A stretch of DNA of 64,000 nucleotides from Podarcis liolepis (Eukaryota), in NCBI GenBank assembly GCA_965112155.1, contig OZ218103.1. The stretch is one strand, 5' to 3'. A program made the translations under genes and the position numbers. Positions 47,068 to 59,410 of this stretch are shown in pieces (within the stretch, counting starts at the first letter, position 1; every line of letters starts with the position of its first letter). Under the pieces are notes generated by a model. That model saw nothing but the letters and a program-made list of their open reading frames with translations. It was not told the DNA's origin and ran no database searches.

Positions 47068-48022
47068 TAGTTCATCGTCTGCCAGAGGAAGTTGCCCACC
47101 GTATACTGTAACTGACCTGGTGCTCCAGAAGCCACAATAAGAAGTATATAAATATGACTAATGTAGTAAGTATATTAAAAACTGAAGGAGAATAACTTTG
47201 TTTGCCCCTTATGGCTTTGAGTGGGATGAGTGAACTAATAATGCCAAGGGGAAATTCACTGTGCCCCAAGCTTCCACTCTGAAGAATCCCCCAATGGTAG
47301 CTTTGCTACAAAATAGTGCAAGTTGCGGAGGAAGTTGCCTGCCTGCCACAGAACAGCTGTATATAGCAAAGGATTCTGGGAAATATTCTACAGCGCATAC
47401 TCAGTTCAGTCATAGTAATGCCCAAGCCTGTTGAGCCTCACATTCACTCTGTACAAAGTGAAAGTACACCCTAGCACACACAAGCTTCTGTGGCTGCACA
47501 TTGCAGAAGATAGGAAGTTAAAGAGATAAAGGTGCCTTTCAGAGACATTTGTTTGCCGTGGTTAAACTTCTCATTGAGGAATATTGCACAAGTGTCTTCA
47601 TAAAATTTTATTTATAAAGTTAACAACAGATATATCATTTGGAAATTGACATTGAATTTACATTGCTTCAGTATTGCTTCAGTAATTTGTTAAGTAATTT
47701 GTGTTATAAATTTAAACCATCTTTATGGTCATTGCGCTTTTTTCAAGGGATTATATCTGAGCACTCAAAGCAACCTCACAAAAACAACTACAATTCCCAC
47801 ACTTCTCCAGGGGAAAATCCATGGCAGTTAAACCAATTTCATACTGGTTTGGGTCTATAGTGTAGACATTCCCTTAATCATCCTTAAAATAAGAATGTGA
47901 GAGAAGTTGTCACTATTTCCATTTTGCAGATATAGAGACACAGGCTGAGAGACAGGTTACTGAACCGAATGATAAATTCTGTTTTGACTACAATCTCCCA
48001 TTTTCAAAATAAAAAAATTCCT

Positions 48023-48096
48023 TCCAGTAGCACCTTAAAGACCAACTTAGTTCTTGGTATGAGCTTTCGTGTGCATGCACACTTCTTCAGATACAC
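48023..48096 (-). mobile_element. Penelope-like retroelement terminal fragment
   Basis: ccagtagcaccttaaagaccaac...gagctttcgtgtgcatgcacacttcttcagatac resembles squamate Penelope pseudo-LTR ends (from recall). Confidence 0.6.
48057..48094 (-). ncRNA. Minimal type I hammerhead ribozyme motif in a Penelope-like element remnant
   Basis: Minus strand reads GUAU-CUGAAGA-A-GUGUGCAUGCACAC-GAA-AGCU-C-AUAC: catalytic core, stem II hairpin, palindromic minimal stem III and 4-bp stem I. Confidence 0.65.
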
Positions 48097-48524
48097 ACTT
48101 TCCCATTTTCGAGCCATTGCAGAAGACTCTCAACATTTGGCTCCAGGTTTATGGGGCTAATGACAACATAGCTGTCTCTTGAGGGTCAGAATCCAAGAAA
48201 CACCAATGCATTCTAACATTTTCTTGATTTTCCCAACTCCTTTTCTTCTAAATGTGTGTGGACATATCTGTCTTTAACTGGTTTAATACATGTTGCCTCT
48301 CTCCAGAAAACACCACAATTTGCAATTCCCAGGATTATTTGATGGTGGCAGCAGCAGGGATGGGGACAAGGAAGGAGTATAGACAGCTAAACTGGGGCAA
48401 AACCAAAATAAGTTTGTGACACAGGTATGTCTTATGGCAGCAGCTGTGGAGCACAACAAATGGAAGGTTCATAATATGCACTGTAGGGTGCTTGCCAACT
48501 ATTCCCAACTATGTGACTCTAGTA

Positions 48525-48630
48525 CAGCGTTCCTCAGCATGGTGTCCTCCAGGTGGTTTGAACTAAAACTCCTATCAACTCCAGCCAGCCTAAGCAATGG
48601 TCAAGGACGATGAGAGCTGTAGTCTATAAA
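48525..48630. mobile_element. Degenerate palindromic MITE, related to 2051-2190
   Basis: cctccaggtggtttgaactaaaactcctatc...gatgagagctgtagtc. Confidence 0.45.
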
Positions 48631-51600
48631 AATATATGGGTCAAACCATCACAAGACGGGCTGAAATTTTGGGAGGTTGGAAAGTTACAATGGAATTGTC
48701 TTGTGGGCAGAGTGCTCATTTTTATTTATTTATTATTATTACTTTGTCAAAATAAAATAATAAAATTATCTTTCTATCTGGAGGGCACCAAGTGGGAGGA
48801 AGAATGCTCTACAGGATAGCCTATCCAAATATTGTTCATATTAAAATAAAAAACATTTCCCACATATTATCTTTTCCTTTTCAAATTCTCTGGCTCACCT
48901 TATTTTTAACAGAAGCAGAAAATGAGGACATAAAAACCACATATTCCACAGCCTGATAATTCTTTTGCTTATTCGTGCTTCTCCCCCTCCATCGTTCTGG
49001 GTTCTTCATCATAAATTTTATTTCTCAAACTTGGTAAGAGAGAGTTTGTGTAGACATTTTTACTACAAGCTCGCTGCTGAGCTCAACAATTCTATCCTGT
49101 CCTGCTATTTTGTCACTTTTTGTAAGTATAAATTCTTCTTTTAATATTTCGTAGCTGTTGATTTTTATAAATATATATATATATAAACCCAAGCTGATTG
49201 ACAGGCATGCTTTTGGTTTCCACGCCACTCTCCCCAAAGGAACAGCTGGGATGCCAGTGAGGGAGGAGGCTATGCCAAGGAACACAGGGAGGGGACAGAC
49301 ACTCTGCGTCTGTCCGAGATGGGAAGAGCTGGGAGGGAAGCATCAGAGGCAGAATCCAAACCATTCCAGGCTGTTTGGGAGGCAAGGCACCAGGAGTCAT
49401 GCTGAGCTCTGCTGATCTTGACTAGGCCACCCAGGAGAGAAACCACACGTACAACCAGAATGTAGAGGAAGGGTGGGGAACACATTCAGGCCAAACTTTG
49501 AAGCCACAGGCGAAGATGGATCCCAAAAATTAGAGGAGTCCTTCATCAGATGGTCTTTAAGTACAAAGCCTCTTTTTAAACAAGTGCCAGGAGATGGTTT
49601 TGTGCCATGTGATGGCCGGGACAGAAATATGCAGAGAGGGAGAGAGAGAGAGAGACCCTCTCAACAACCTTGTTCTTGTCATTGCCCAGGATGAGTGATA
49701 GTAGGAAGTGGACACTGGGAGCCTTATTTATTTATTAACAACGGAGCTGAAATGATAGTACATCTGCAAGTGTTGTGAAGAAGGGAAGAGAGGGAGATAT
49801 TCCTTGTAATTAGGGTTAATTTGGAACAGGACAATCTGAAGCTTCAAAGGGGAATGAGGAAGCCTCAAATTCCAACACCCTAATTAACCAGGGAGCAACA
49901 TGAAAAGACAAGGCAAAATGAGAGAAGCTGCCAAGTATGCTTTACATGGGGCACTCTCTTGTCTGATGGGGAGGGCGTTAAACTTAGGTACTGTCACTCT
50001 ATGTGCCACAGCCTCCCCCCCCAGCTGCTCCTGCTTAACCCCCCTCCCCTCCACTGAGAGGCCAGCATTGTTTGATACAAAGTTGGGGGAGGGGATTCTG
50101 GGCTACAGCGAGGTAGCAACAGTGAGCATGTTAATGAGGAGCCCTATGCAAATTCTTTTTTACTCCAATTAACAAAGGAAGCCCTCTCCTTTTTCATGCA
50201 AAGGGTCCCTCTCCCTCCTGATCAAACTCCCAATTGTACTGCTGCTTTGGCTTTGAGTATTAGATTGGATTATCCCTCATTCCACCCCACATGCATTGAA
50301 CACGTACACACCTCAGATATGCTATATCTCACTCTCACAGCCTCCCCAGGAACATTCAAATATCTTCAGAACAGCAGGGATGAAAACATTGGACCACATC
50401 CTTGTGAACATTAGGGTCTTCTTGTACTCAAGATTCCCAGGTTTCTTTAAGGAGAGGCTGCAAGCTCCATCCCATCAGTTGGCCCTTGCACTGTGTGGGG
50501 TCCGACAGTCTTACACTGCCCCATCTTGCTAGACAAGCCAACTGTGTAGGACACTCCTCCCCTAGCAGGGCCTCTTTGGCTCAGAGGATGCCTCACAGCA
50601 TGCTCCCAGAAACACTCCTTGTCTCCCCACAGCAGCAGAGCTGGGTACCAACAAGGGCAGCCGAAAAAGCAGAATTGGTTGGGAGCCAAGTGGAGAGATG
50701 CCCAGTAACCCAGAGCTGGCTGATCTAGGAACATCTCCACAGCACGTCCGGCAGGACTTGTGTCTAAAGGGCCTAGCCAATTTGCTTTTGCAAAGAGAGT
50801 CTGGGTTGCAAGCCTAGTGCAAGAGCATGCCTGGAAGTACCAGTGCCAACAGGGCACTGGAGCAGAGCTTCATAGCAAGGTTATTCTGTGGAAGACTTTA
50901 TTTCCTGCCACCCTTTCTCATTCCTCAGAAGCCACTCCAAGCCACACCCTGGGCTTCACTATGACATCCTAGTCTAGTAGATTCCAGAGTGCCGCTTCAG
51001 CCTGGCTACATGGTCAACTGCCCTCAAGGCAAGGGTCATCTCTTAACCCAGCTGAGAAATGGGTAGCTATGTAACTGAGGAGCAGGGGAGATCAATTACC
51101 TGGTGTTGACAAAAGCAACTTATCTCAGTCCTGGGTTGCACATGCTGACACCGTCTCTCCCTTTTCTCTCCCCCTAGGTTCAGCAGAGCCGCTTCCCAGG
51201 CAGTGGAACAGGCCTTCAGAATTATCCCCATAATTACAGGCTCTTGGATAAATTGCTGGGCTGGGCACCTCCTCCCTCCCAGCTGGGCCACCCAAATGCA
51301 GCCCCCCTGCTCTGTTTCCACACCAGCTGGGAGGCCCAAGAGAGCTTCAATTAAAAGAGACAGGATAGGGCTCTCCTCTTAAGGGCCCACCTGGCTTGAG
51401 AAAATGTGCGGACAATAAACTCCCCCCCATCCCCAATGAAAACTCCAACCCTCTTCTAGGGTAAAACCTCCTCTCAACCAATTTAGCACTACCATACTGG
51501 AGTAATCTGTTATTAAAGCTTCATAGTTATTATTATGGATATTTATGGTAGAAGGCAGAGATCCAGCCCCAAACACAAAAAAGTAAGAGATAATTTCTTG

Positions 51601-52379
51601 CCTCAAAGAACTGAAATTTTGGTCTGACTGGGCAAGAGGAAAGTCAGGCCCATAGAAGGAAAGGGACTGGAATTTCTCCAGCCCCACAGCAGGGGCTAAG
51701 AAGGGAACAAAACCCTTATGCCCATAGCACCTGCGGGAAAACATCACCCCATAGACTGAACAGAAAGAGTAGGGGTAGCAAGTGAGCAGCAGACAAAGCT
51801 CTTGAGAGAATCCCTTCTCAGAGCCTTCCCAGACATTAAAAAGCCCAGCTTTTATTCAAAGCAGGATGCAATAACACAATATCCTGTCTCCAAAGCAATT
51901 CATAGTAGTTTTGCTGTGGACATAGTTTTGTTGAAGGAGGTGACTCACCCACCACTTAGTAATAAATACATAAAGGCATCCTAAAGAGGGTGTTGCTGCA
52001 AAGGGAGTGTTCCTTGCTAACATGCTGGAGTAGTTAAAAGGGGGGGGCCCAGGGCCCAAGCATGTGGGCAGAAGTGGGACAGTGACTTTCCCCCTGGTAA
52101 AAACAGCAGCCGGGAGGTCAAGGCCACAGCAGGGACAAAGGGTAAAAGGTCCTACCTTCACATTGCTACCCCAAACAGGACACCCCACCCACAGGTAAAG
52201 AAAAGCACACACAAAAGCCACTTATATAGTTAACACAATGTCTTTGTTTGTGTCAAAGAGATATACACCCTTTTACATAAGATGCTCTCTCAAGAGCCAC
52301 AACTTCCAGAGTTCCTATGTTCCTGCTGACATTTCCTGTGCACACTCAAGAGAATCCAACACTGTTGTTGTTGTTTTAA

Positions 52380-53077
52380 AAATTATTTATAGTTTTCAGT
52401 TATTCATCTACTTTAATTGTATACTCTTATGAAATTGCAGGTTATTACAATAATCCTGCCAATGTCCTTATCTGTTTACAATTTGTTTGTAAATATTTAA
52501 TAAACCATTTCCATTCTTTTATAAAAAGTTTGTTATCTTGATTTCTTATTTTTTCCAGTAAGTTTTGCCATGTCTGCAAAGTCCATAAGTTTTGGTATCC
52601 ATTCTTCTTTCATCAAGACTTCTTATTCTTTCCATTTTTGGTCAAATAACATTTTTGCTGCTGTAGTCGCATACATTAATAAATTTCTATACTGTTTAGG
52701 TAGCTCTATCCCATGAATAGGCAAACTAAGGCCCCGGGGCTGGATCCAGCCCAATCGCCTTCTAAATCCGGCCCGTGGGCGGTCCGGGAATCAGAGTGTT
52801 TTTACATGAGTAGAATGTATCCTTTTATTTAAAGCCTCTCTGGGTTATTTGTGGGGCAGAGGAATTCGTTCATTTCTCCCCTCCAGAATATAGTCCGGCC
52901 CACCACATGGTCTGAGGGATGGTGGACCAGCCCATGGCTGAAAAAGGTTGCTGATCCCTGCTCTATCCCTACAATTCCCAGAATAAAAGCTTCTAGTTTT
53001 TTGTTTTGTTTTTTGAATGTTATTTTAAGCATATTTTTCAATTCATTATATATCATTTCCCAATAAGCTTTAACCTT
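52380..53077 (-). mobile_element. L1-clade LINE 3' fragment (ORF2 C-terminus), interrupted by a hAT element
   Basis: Minus strand reads KAYWEMIYNELKNMLK...EAFILGIVG / LPKQYRNLLMYATTAAKML...EEWIPKLMDFADMAKLT across the insertion, typical of reptile L1 ORF2 ends; contains a stop. Confidence 0.7.
52712..52960. mobile_element. Non-autonomous hAT element (MER1/OposCharlie-like) nested in an L1 fragment
   Basis: 8-bp TSD CTCTATCC (52704-52711, 52961-52968); degenerate TIRs; repeated ccggccc subterminal motifs. Confidence 0.8.
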
Positions 53078-54160
53078 AACTGCAAGACCACCACATACGA
53101 TGGTCTTTAAACATAAAATCCCAATAGACAAGAATCCAGCACTTTTGGCATCTGACTGCCAGAAGGAGGGATGAACAAGCACTGTACCAACAAGGGACAG
53201 CAAGACAAGAGTGCTGCTTAATAGGATTTGCAGGTCCCAGAACATACGTCAGCAAACATATTAGGCCTCTAGCCTTCACAATGTGTAGAACTTACAGTAG
53301 GTCCATGACAAGGGAACACAGTGCCTATACAGCATTTAGTATGAGATCCACCCACCCACCCACACCCATATTGCCACATCTGGCTATAAATACAAATCAG
53401 GCAGCCACTAATAGAAAGAGCCTCCTTAGTTCCCATTATTTATGCTAACATATTCCAATCAAGCCTCTAATTTTTCAAAATAGACAAAGCCTTTTGTGGG
53501 GGGTTGGGAGAAGAGGGAGGGAGCAGCAGAGAGGAAAGAAGACTCGTGTTACAAATTTGTACCAGACCCCGAGAAGTGACACACAGATACTTGGTGGGGG
53601 CAGCCATTACAAGCACTATCCAATAGGTGTCTGTAACTCTCATGCCATGTTGTTCCATCCAGTATTCACAACAGAAGGGGGGGGGGTCAAATATCATTTA
53701 CTCAGCTAATACTGCAGCTTGAGCACTGGAAAAATGCAATATGCATGAAACAGAAATGCTTCCTTGAGGAAAGCTGTCTGTTTCCCATATATAACAAATG
53801 AGTAACAGCAGTCTCCACAAATCCCATGTTTTCCAAGGAAGGGAAATTCCAACATTTGCCTCCCCTTCTCTCTTTATTTGTGGGAGTGGGGGTGGAGGGG
53901 GTAATTCTCCAGAGTGAAAGGTGCGCAGAGGAACAGAAATTCAACCTTGAGTTAAAAAAGCATTTGTAACTGTTTTGAGGTTGAGGAAAATATACATGGT
54001 CACTTTCATCACAAGGGTTTTTTGTACACATGGGCAGGAAACTTACAGCAAGCCCACATAGGGCTGCTGTACTTCCTGGTCTGATTCACATGGGCTTCCA
54101 AAGAAGCCCTTCCTGGAGTACAGAACTGGGCAGTTTGAATGTTACTGGAGCTCTCTAGGG

Positions 54161-55598
54161 CAGTGTTTCCCAACCACTGTTCCGCGGCACACTAGTGTGC
54201 CGCGAGATGTTGCCTGGTGTGCCGCGGGAAAAATTAAAAAATTCGAAAGATTTTTTTTTTTAAAGTCAAATTTTCGATTGGGGCGCCGTCACTAGATGAC
54301 CCCTGGGGTTCCCTCCCTCCCTCCCGCTCTGCGCCTCCCTCCTCCTCCTCCTCCTCCTCCTCCTCCGGGGAGGCCCTTCCTGGCTCTCGGCCAAGGCTTG
54401 GCGGCTGCCACTCACTCGCTTGCCCACCTGTCCCTCCATCCCTGCACCCGGCCTCTCCCCCTCCGTCCCCGGCGCGGGGGCTGCCGGGATCCGTAGTCCC
54501 CTCGCTCTTGGGCTCCGCGCCCGCGCGGGGTGCGTGAAGTACGTTTCCCAGCGTGGCCTGGCGGGCCGGGCGTTTTGTTTGAAGCGCTCTTCTCCCGGCC
54601 ATGGAATGAGCGCGGCGGCGGCGGCCGGGCGGGCAGGGGCTCTTCCGCGCAGACCCCGCGCAGCCTGCCTGCGCCCCCGCGGAGATCGGGCGGCAGGATG
54701 GAGCCCGGGGATCCCCGCGGAGGCGGAGCGGCGGAGGCGGAGGCTGCCCCCCAGGTAGGGCTGCGTCGGGGGGGTTTATTTTTGCAATGCTGCATCCGCG
54801 CCGGAGGGGACGCATCAGACAGCGGGGAGACCCCTTGGCGGGCGTGCAAGGCAATGCATGCGTGCAGGCGTTGCATGGAGTGCAGTGCAATGCAATGGCA
54901 ACGCGGCGCCCTGCATGCATGCATGCAACTTCCACCAGCGCTCCGGATTTGGCAGGTGAGGGGGGTCCCCAGTGGGTGGCAGAGAGAGCCGGGAGGGCGA
55001 AGGGGAGCCGGGGGGGGAGCAGCGCTGCTCCCCGAGCCGAGCCCGGGGGGAAACTTCGGCATCGTTGCGCCGGGTGTTGGAAGCGGAGGCTGGCAGGGGC
55101 CCCTCACCTGCAAAACCTGGTCGCCTCTCATATATTTCGTGCATTGCATTCATCGCCCGCTTTCTCCTCCAAGGAGCTCCCGGGGGCGCGCGTGGTTCTC
55201 CCCGTGTTATCCTCGCAACAACAGCCCTGCGAGGTGGGTCAGGGGAGTGGCCCAAGGGAGCACCCAGGGATTGTCCTGGCCAGGTGGGGTGATTTGAACC
55301 CTGCTCTCTGCCCGGTCTTCGTCCTCATTTAGCCCCCACATGTGCATGACTGTGCATGACTGAGGTTTTCCCCCCTCGTCTTGGCTATGGTGTGAGTCTG
55401 TCCTGTTAATTAATGGGGTTCTGCCTTCGGAGAAGATGAGCCAGCCCTCAAGGAGGTGATTATGTAATTTGCTAGCAATTCATGTCGCTCCCGGCGTGAC
55501 GCTGCGCGCTGATGTCACGGGGCTGTAATGGTGGTGTGCCTCGAGATTTTTTTCATGAAACAAGTGTGCCTTTGCCCAAAAAAGGTTGGGAAACACTG
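54161..55598. mobile_element. Non-autonomous hAT DNA transposon (Charlie/Buster-like), 1438 bp, CpG-rich interior
   Basis: Perfect 15-bp TIRs CAGTGTTTCCCAACC / GGTTGGGAAACACTG; perfect 8-bp TSD CTCTAGGG (54153-54160, 55599-55606); no transposase ORF. Confidence 0.92.
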
Positions 55599-58119
55599 CT
55601 CTAGGGAAAACAATTGCCTTGATTCCATGAGTAGGGCAACCCTATAATTTGCCCTGGATCGGGTGTAAGTATTAATAGCAAATATTGGGCCAGACTGAAA
55701 AAGGAAAGCACCTGGCATTAGACTCATGAGACCCTCCAGGGATGCAGTGACTACAAGGCATTAAGAAACATTTGTGTAATTAATCAACTGGACAAGAAGA
55801 CCCTTCTCCATGCATAAAACTGGCATCTACCTTCAGTCTGCCCTTTCCATTCAGTCTAGGCATTGTCACTACAAATAACAATGGAACACAGAGTTTGTCT
55901 TTACTCCTTGTATTAACACACATAATGTTCCTTTGCACCTAACAGGAGATATCAGAGGTCATCAAAGGAGAAGGGACAAACAATCCAAGAGCATGCCAAA
56001 AAATCATCCGGATAAAGTGAGAGGATAGAAACTTGCCTCAGGAAGATTGTTAGGATCCTGAAGGCTTATCCAAATGATAAAAAAAAAAAATCTCAGACAT
56101 AGCCCTTCACAGAAGTCATTTCCAGCAACAGTTGTACAATATCCTGCTCAAACCTGTGACACCTGTGCAGCCACATAACATATTAACACTTCAAGTTGCA
56201 CTGGCCCTTCAAGCTAAGGAGATTTTCTCATTGAAACTACATTGTAGTTTGTGTTGGGAAAATAAAATAACCCTGAAACAAAAGCACTTCCTTGATGGAA
56301 AACAACAACATCCTGAAGTACACGAGCAACAATTTTACATTTACTGCTGAAAAAGATTCTGGATTTGATTCATGGGACACAGATGATATAGAGTAAAATC
56401 CTAAATTCTAGCTACTTGCAGAAATCAGAAACTGGAGGAGGAGAGGTTTCAGTACCTGAAAATGTGAACTAGGTGGTTTCTGTACAGAAACTAAGGTACA
56501 ACAAATCAATTTCACACAAGCACTGAATTGACACCCGTGTTATTTACCTTGCATCCTTCTAACAGGAATTCTGAGTGAAAAGCATTTTCTTCTCCCAATT
56601 ATGAAGGCAGCAGTACTGCGCAAAGAGACTTAATATTTTTACTGAAAGCCACTTTAAGACACATAAAGAAAATAAGGGTATAAATTCCTTAAATAAATAA
56701 TAAAGTCCCACATTGCCTGCAAGCAAGAGCAACAGATTACTTTTTAAATTTTCAACATTTAATGCATGAAAACAAGGATACTAGTTTTACATTGAGGCAG
56801 ACCTGTTGCGACTTCAGGGGGTGGAAAGCTAGACATCAGCTGGGGCTCCACAGCAAAGACCCCACCAGCCCAAAAGTGTCTTGCCTAAGAGCCCCACAGA
56901 TCTTGAGATGGATGCTTAATGGTTTAAATAATTTCTATACTGTTTAGGTAGCACATGCTTAATATCAATTGGAAAATGGAAGCTAAAACATGGATAAATA
57001 TATGCCGTAGATGCCTCTTGACCATGTGTCCTCAGTATATTGTCCTTCATCCTGCCCTTACCCACTATCACTGCTGGAGATACAGAAGGATCTCATTTCA
57101 GTTGGGCAGCTGAAGCCCCAGAATTTTAAGTGACTCACCCATGATCAGAAACCAAGAGACTAAATACAGTAGAGGACTTTTGAGATTTGAACTGCTCATG
57201 TTAATTTAGCACACATCATCATTTTATACTGAGAAAATGGACATTGTCATAAGATATCTGAGCATGACCCCACCGTGCTTCACTCAGCCACCTGAAGACG
57301 AAGGGCTCTGTCACCCACTGTGGCACCATTCCGTGTACTGTTTAGTATCCATATATGTTCAGTTCCTTATTTCCAAGGAGCGGGAGTCACTTTTTGTACA
57401 AAACTTGTGCATACCAACTTACTTTAAAAAAAAAAATTTCTATACTTATTGTAAAAAACAATCCGCAGTTTTTAGATTGACTTGCCTAAGATCCAGGACA
57501 AAGCACCATCTAGTTCGGCATCTTGTTCTCATGGTGGCCAAGCAATCATTTGATTATCTACAGCTGAATGTGCAAAACTGCCTCACTATAATACTGTAGT
57601 GCTTCCACATTCAAGGGAAAGTATTCATGATCTGTTTGATTTCATTACTTGAATGAGTCTTAGTTGTGACTAGCTTTTGCTGATTGAACCCACCATTTCT
57701 GAATTGCAGTGAGAAGGCTCAGAAGCCCTGCCTGTGATGTTCGATCTGCAATGGTGGTTTCTGTCATTATGAACTTCTATTTGAACTTATAATTAACAGT
57801 CTTCCCTTTCTGAAAAATAATATGGAAGAAGCACCCTCTTATGGGGGACATGTTAACACTGCACGGTAAGCTGATCACTGTATTTCAAATATCTCATAAC
57901 CTCCATTTAAAATGCAAATCACAGACATTTAGGATAGGTAGAAGCTATGATGTTGGACATAGAAGTATGTGCAGCAGTGATTCTTGGTTGACACTTTTAA
58001 ATTGTTACTGTACCAGTGATGTTTCTGGTATTTTCATGGGATGGTGTGGCAGCAGCATTTGTTGTTATTGGTATGTTTTATATTTTATATCATTATAATA
58101 ATTAATAATAATAATTTTG

Positions 58120-58290
58120 TTATGTACACCCCACCCATCTGGATGGGTTCCCCCAGCCACTCTGGGTGGCTTACAACTTATCTAAAAACATCAGTCCTTA
58201 AAACTTTCCCTAAACAGGGCTACCTTCAGAGGTCTTCTAAAGTCAAGATAGTTGTTCATTCCATTGACATCTGAAGGGAGGGTGTTACTA
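58120..58290 (-). mobile_element. LINE (L2-like) 3' fragment
   Basis: Reverse-complement similarity to 3530-3722 (ccccagccactctggg, ccctaaacagggc). Confidence 0.55.
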
Positions 58291-59282
58291 CCGAGAAGGC
58301 CCTCTGCTTGTTTCATATTGCTTGTAAGCTGCTTTGAGACTGTTTGTCACCTTAGGCAACAAAGTAAATAATTAAAATAATAAATAACAAAGCAAATGAA
58401 AACAAAAAAGTTGCCATGGATAAAAATATGGGGCTTGTTGTCTAGAAGAGAAAGGTTATTCAGATCCACAATGGATCTCATCTCTTTTAAAAAGCAAACT
58501 AGACTGAATGTGACAAAACAAGGTAGTGGGTGTATAAAAGAAAAGCAGGAGTAATCAACTCCTGGAGACCATGTGCTAGTGGTCAGGGGTAGGCTTCTAA
58601 CTATAACAGCCAAAGCAACAATATTAATCCTAGTCCAAGGTTGTTCTGCATTAGATGGAGCTTAGAGTGCAACTGAACAGCATCTGAACTGTTGTCTCTT
58701 AGGAACAATCCAGTTTTTTAAACATAGGAAAGTGTGTCTTTGTAATGTCAAGAGGGTCAGACATGAATATGGGATCCATGAACTCCAGATAAAAGCATGG
58801 AAGCATTTTCAAGACATAGGTCTCTCTCACACATCTGTCTCTTCCAATATTCAAAGGATGAAGTTCCCCACAATTATTTGCTGGAGGGGAAATATAATGC
58901 TCTTAATGTATCAGTAAAGAACACGTTCCTGGCATCTGCTGAGATCCCATCCAATAGAAAACACATGCCTGTGGGCACCTCTATATAAGCCATGGTAACA
59001 TCCCGGAAATCATATATCTTCCCAATGTGCTTATTTAATAAGCAGACTACATATTTTCTCATTCCTTTTATCATGTGCAAACATGTGCACCCAATACTGC
59101 AGTGTACCTGCCGCTTGTGTTTCTGTAGGTAGTACAAGACTGGCTTACTTGATTTTATTTCCTCATTTCCAAAGCATTCACTGAATTTTGAAACATGTTC
59201 ATCTTTTGAGAGATAATGACTATTGCAAGATACAAGTTTTACAATGCATTGTTTTCTGAATTATAAGGATTTTGATAAATTC

Positions 59283-59410
59283 CAAAGGGATAGCCATGCT
59301 AGTCTGATACCGCAAACCTCCCCACAAAAAATAACTTGTGACACCTTAAAAACAGATTTATTGTGGCTTATGTGAAAAGAAAACGGTCTATAAGGTGCCA
59401 CAAAATTCTG
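59283..59410. mobile_element. Decayed Penelope-like fragment with inverted ends
   Basis: ttgtgacaccttaaa...taaggtgccacaa inverted pair, preceded by gatagccatgctagtctg. Confidence 0.4.

Noticed and set aside
54234-55332. Long overlapping ORFs (233-255 aa) on both strands
   Set aside because: Low-complexity Pro/Gly/Ala/Arg products expected from stop-poor GC-rich DNA inside a non-autonomous transposon; no transposase or known domain.
54161-55598. CpG island as the PTCH2 promoter / exon 1
   Set aside because: It is bounded by TIRs and a TSD, and no exon 2 peptide (APLWLRA...LWVE) was found between it and exon 3; the true 5' end is probably outside the window.
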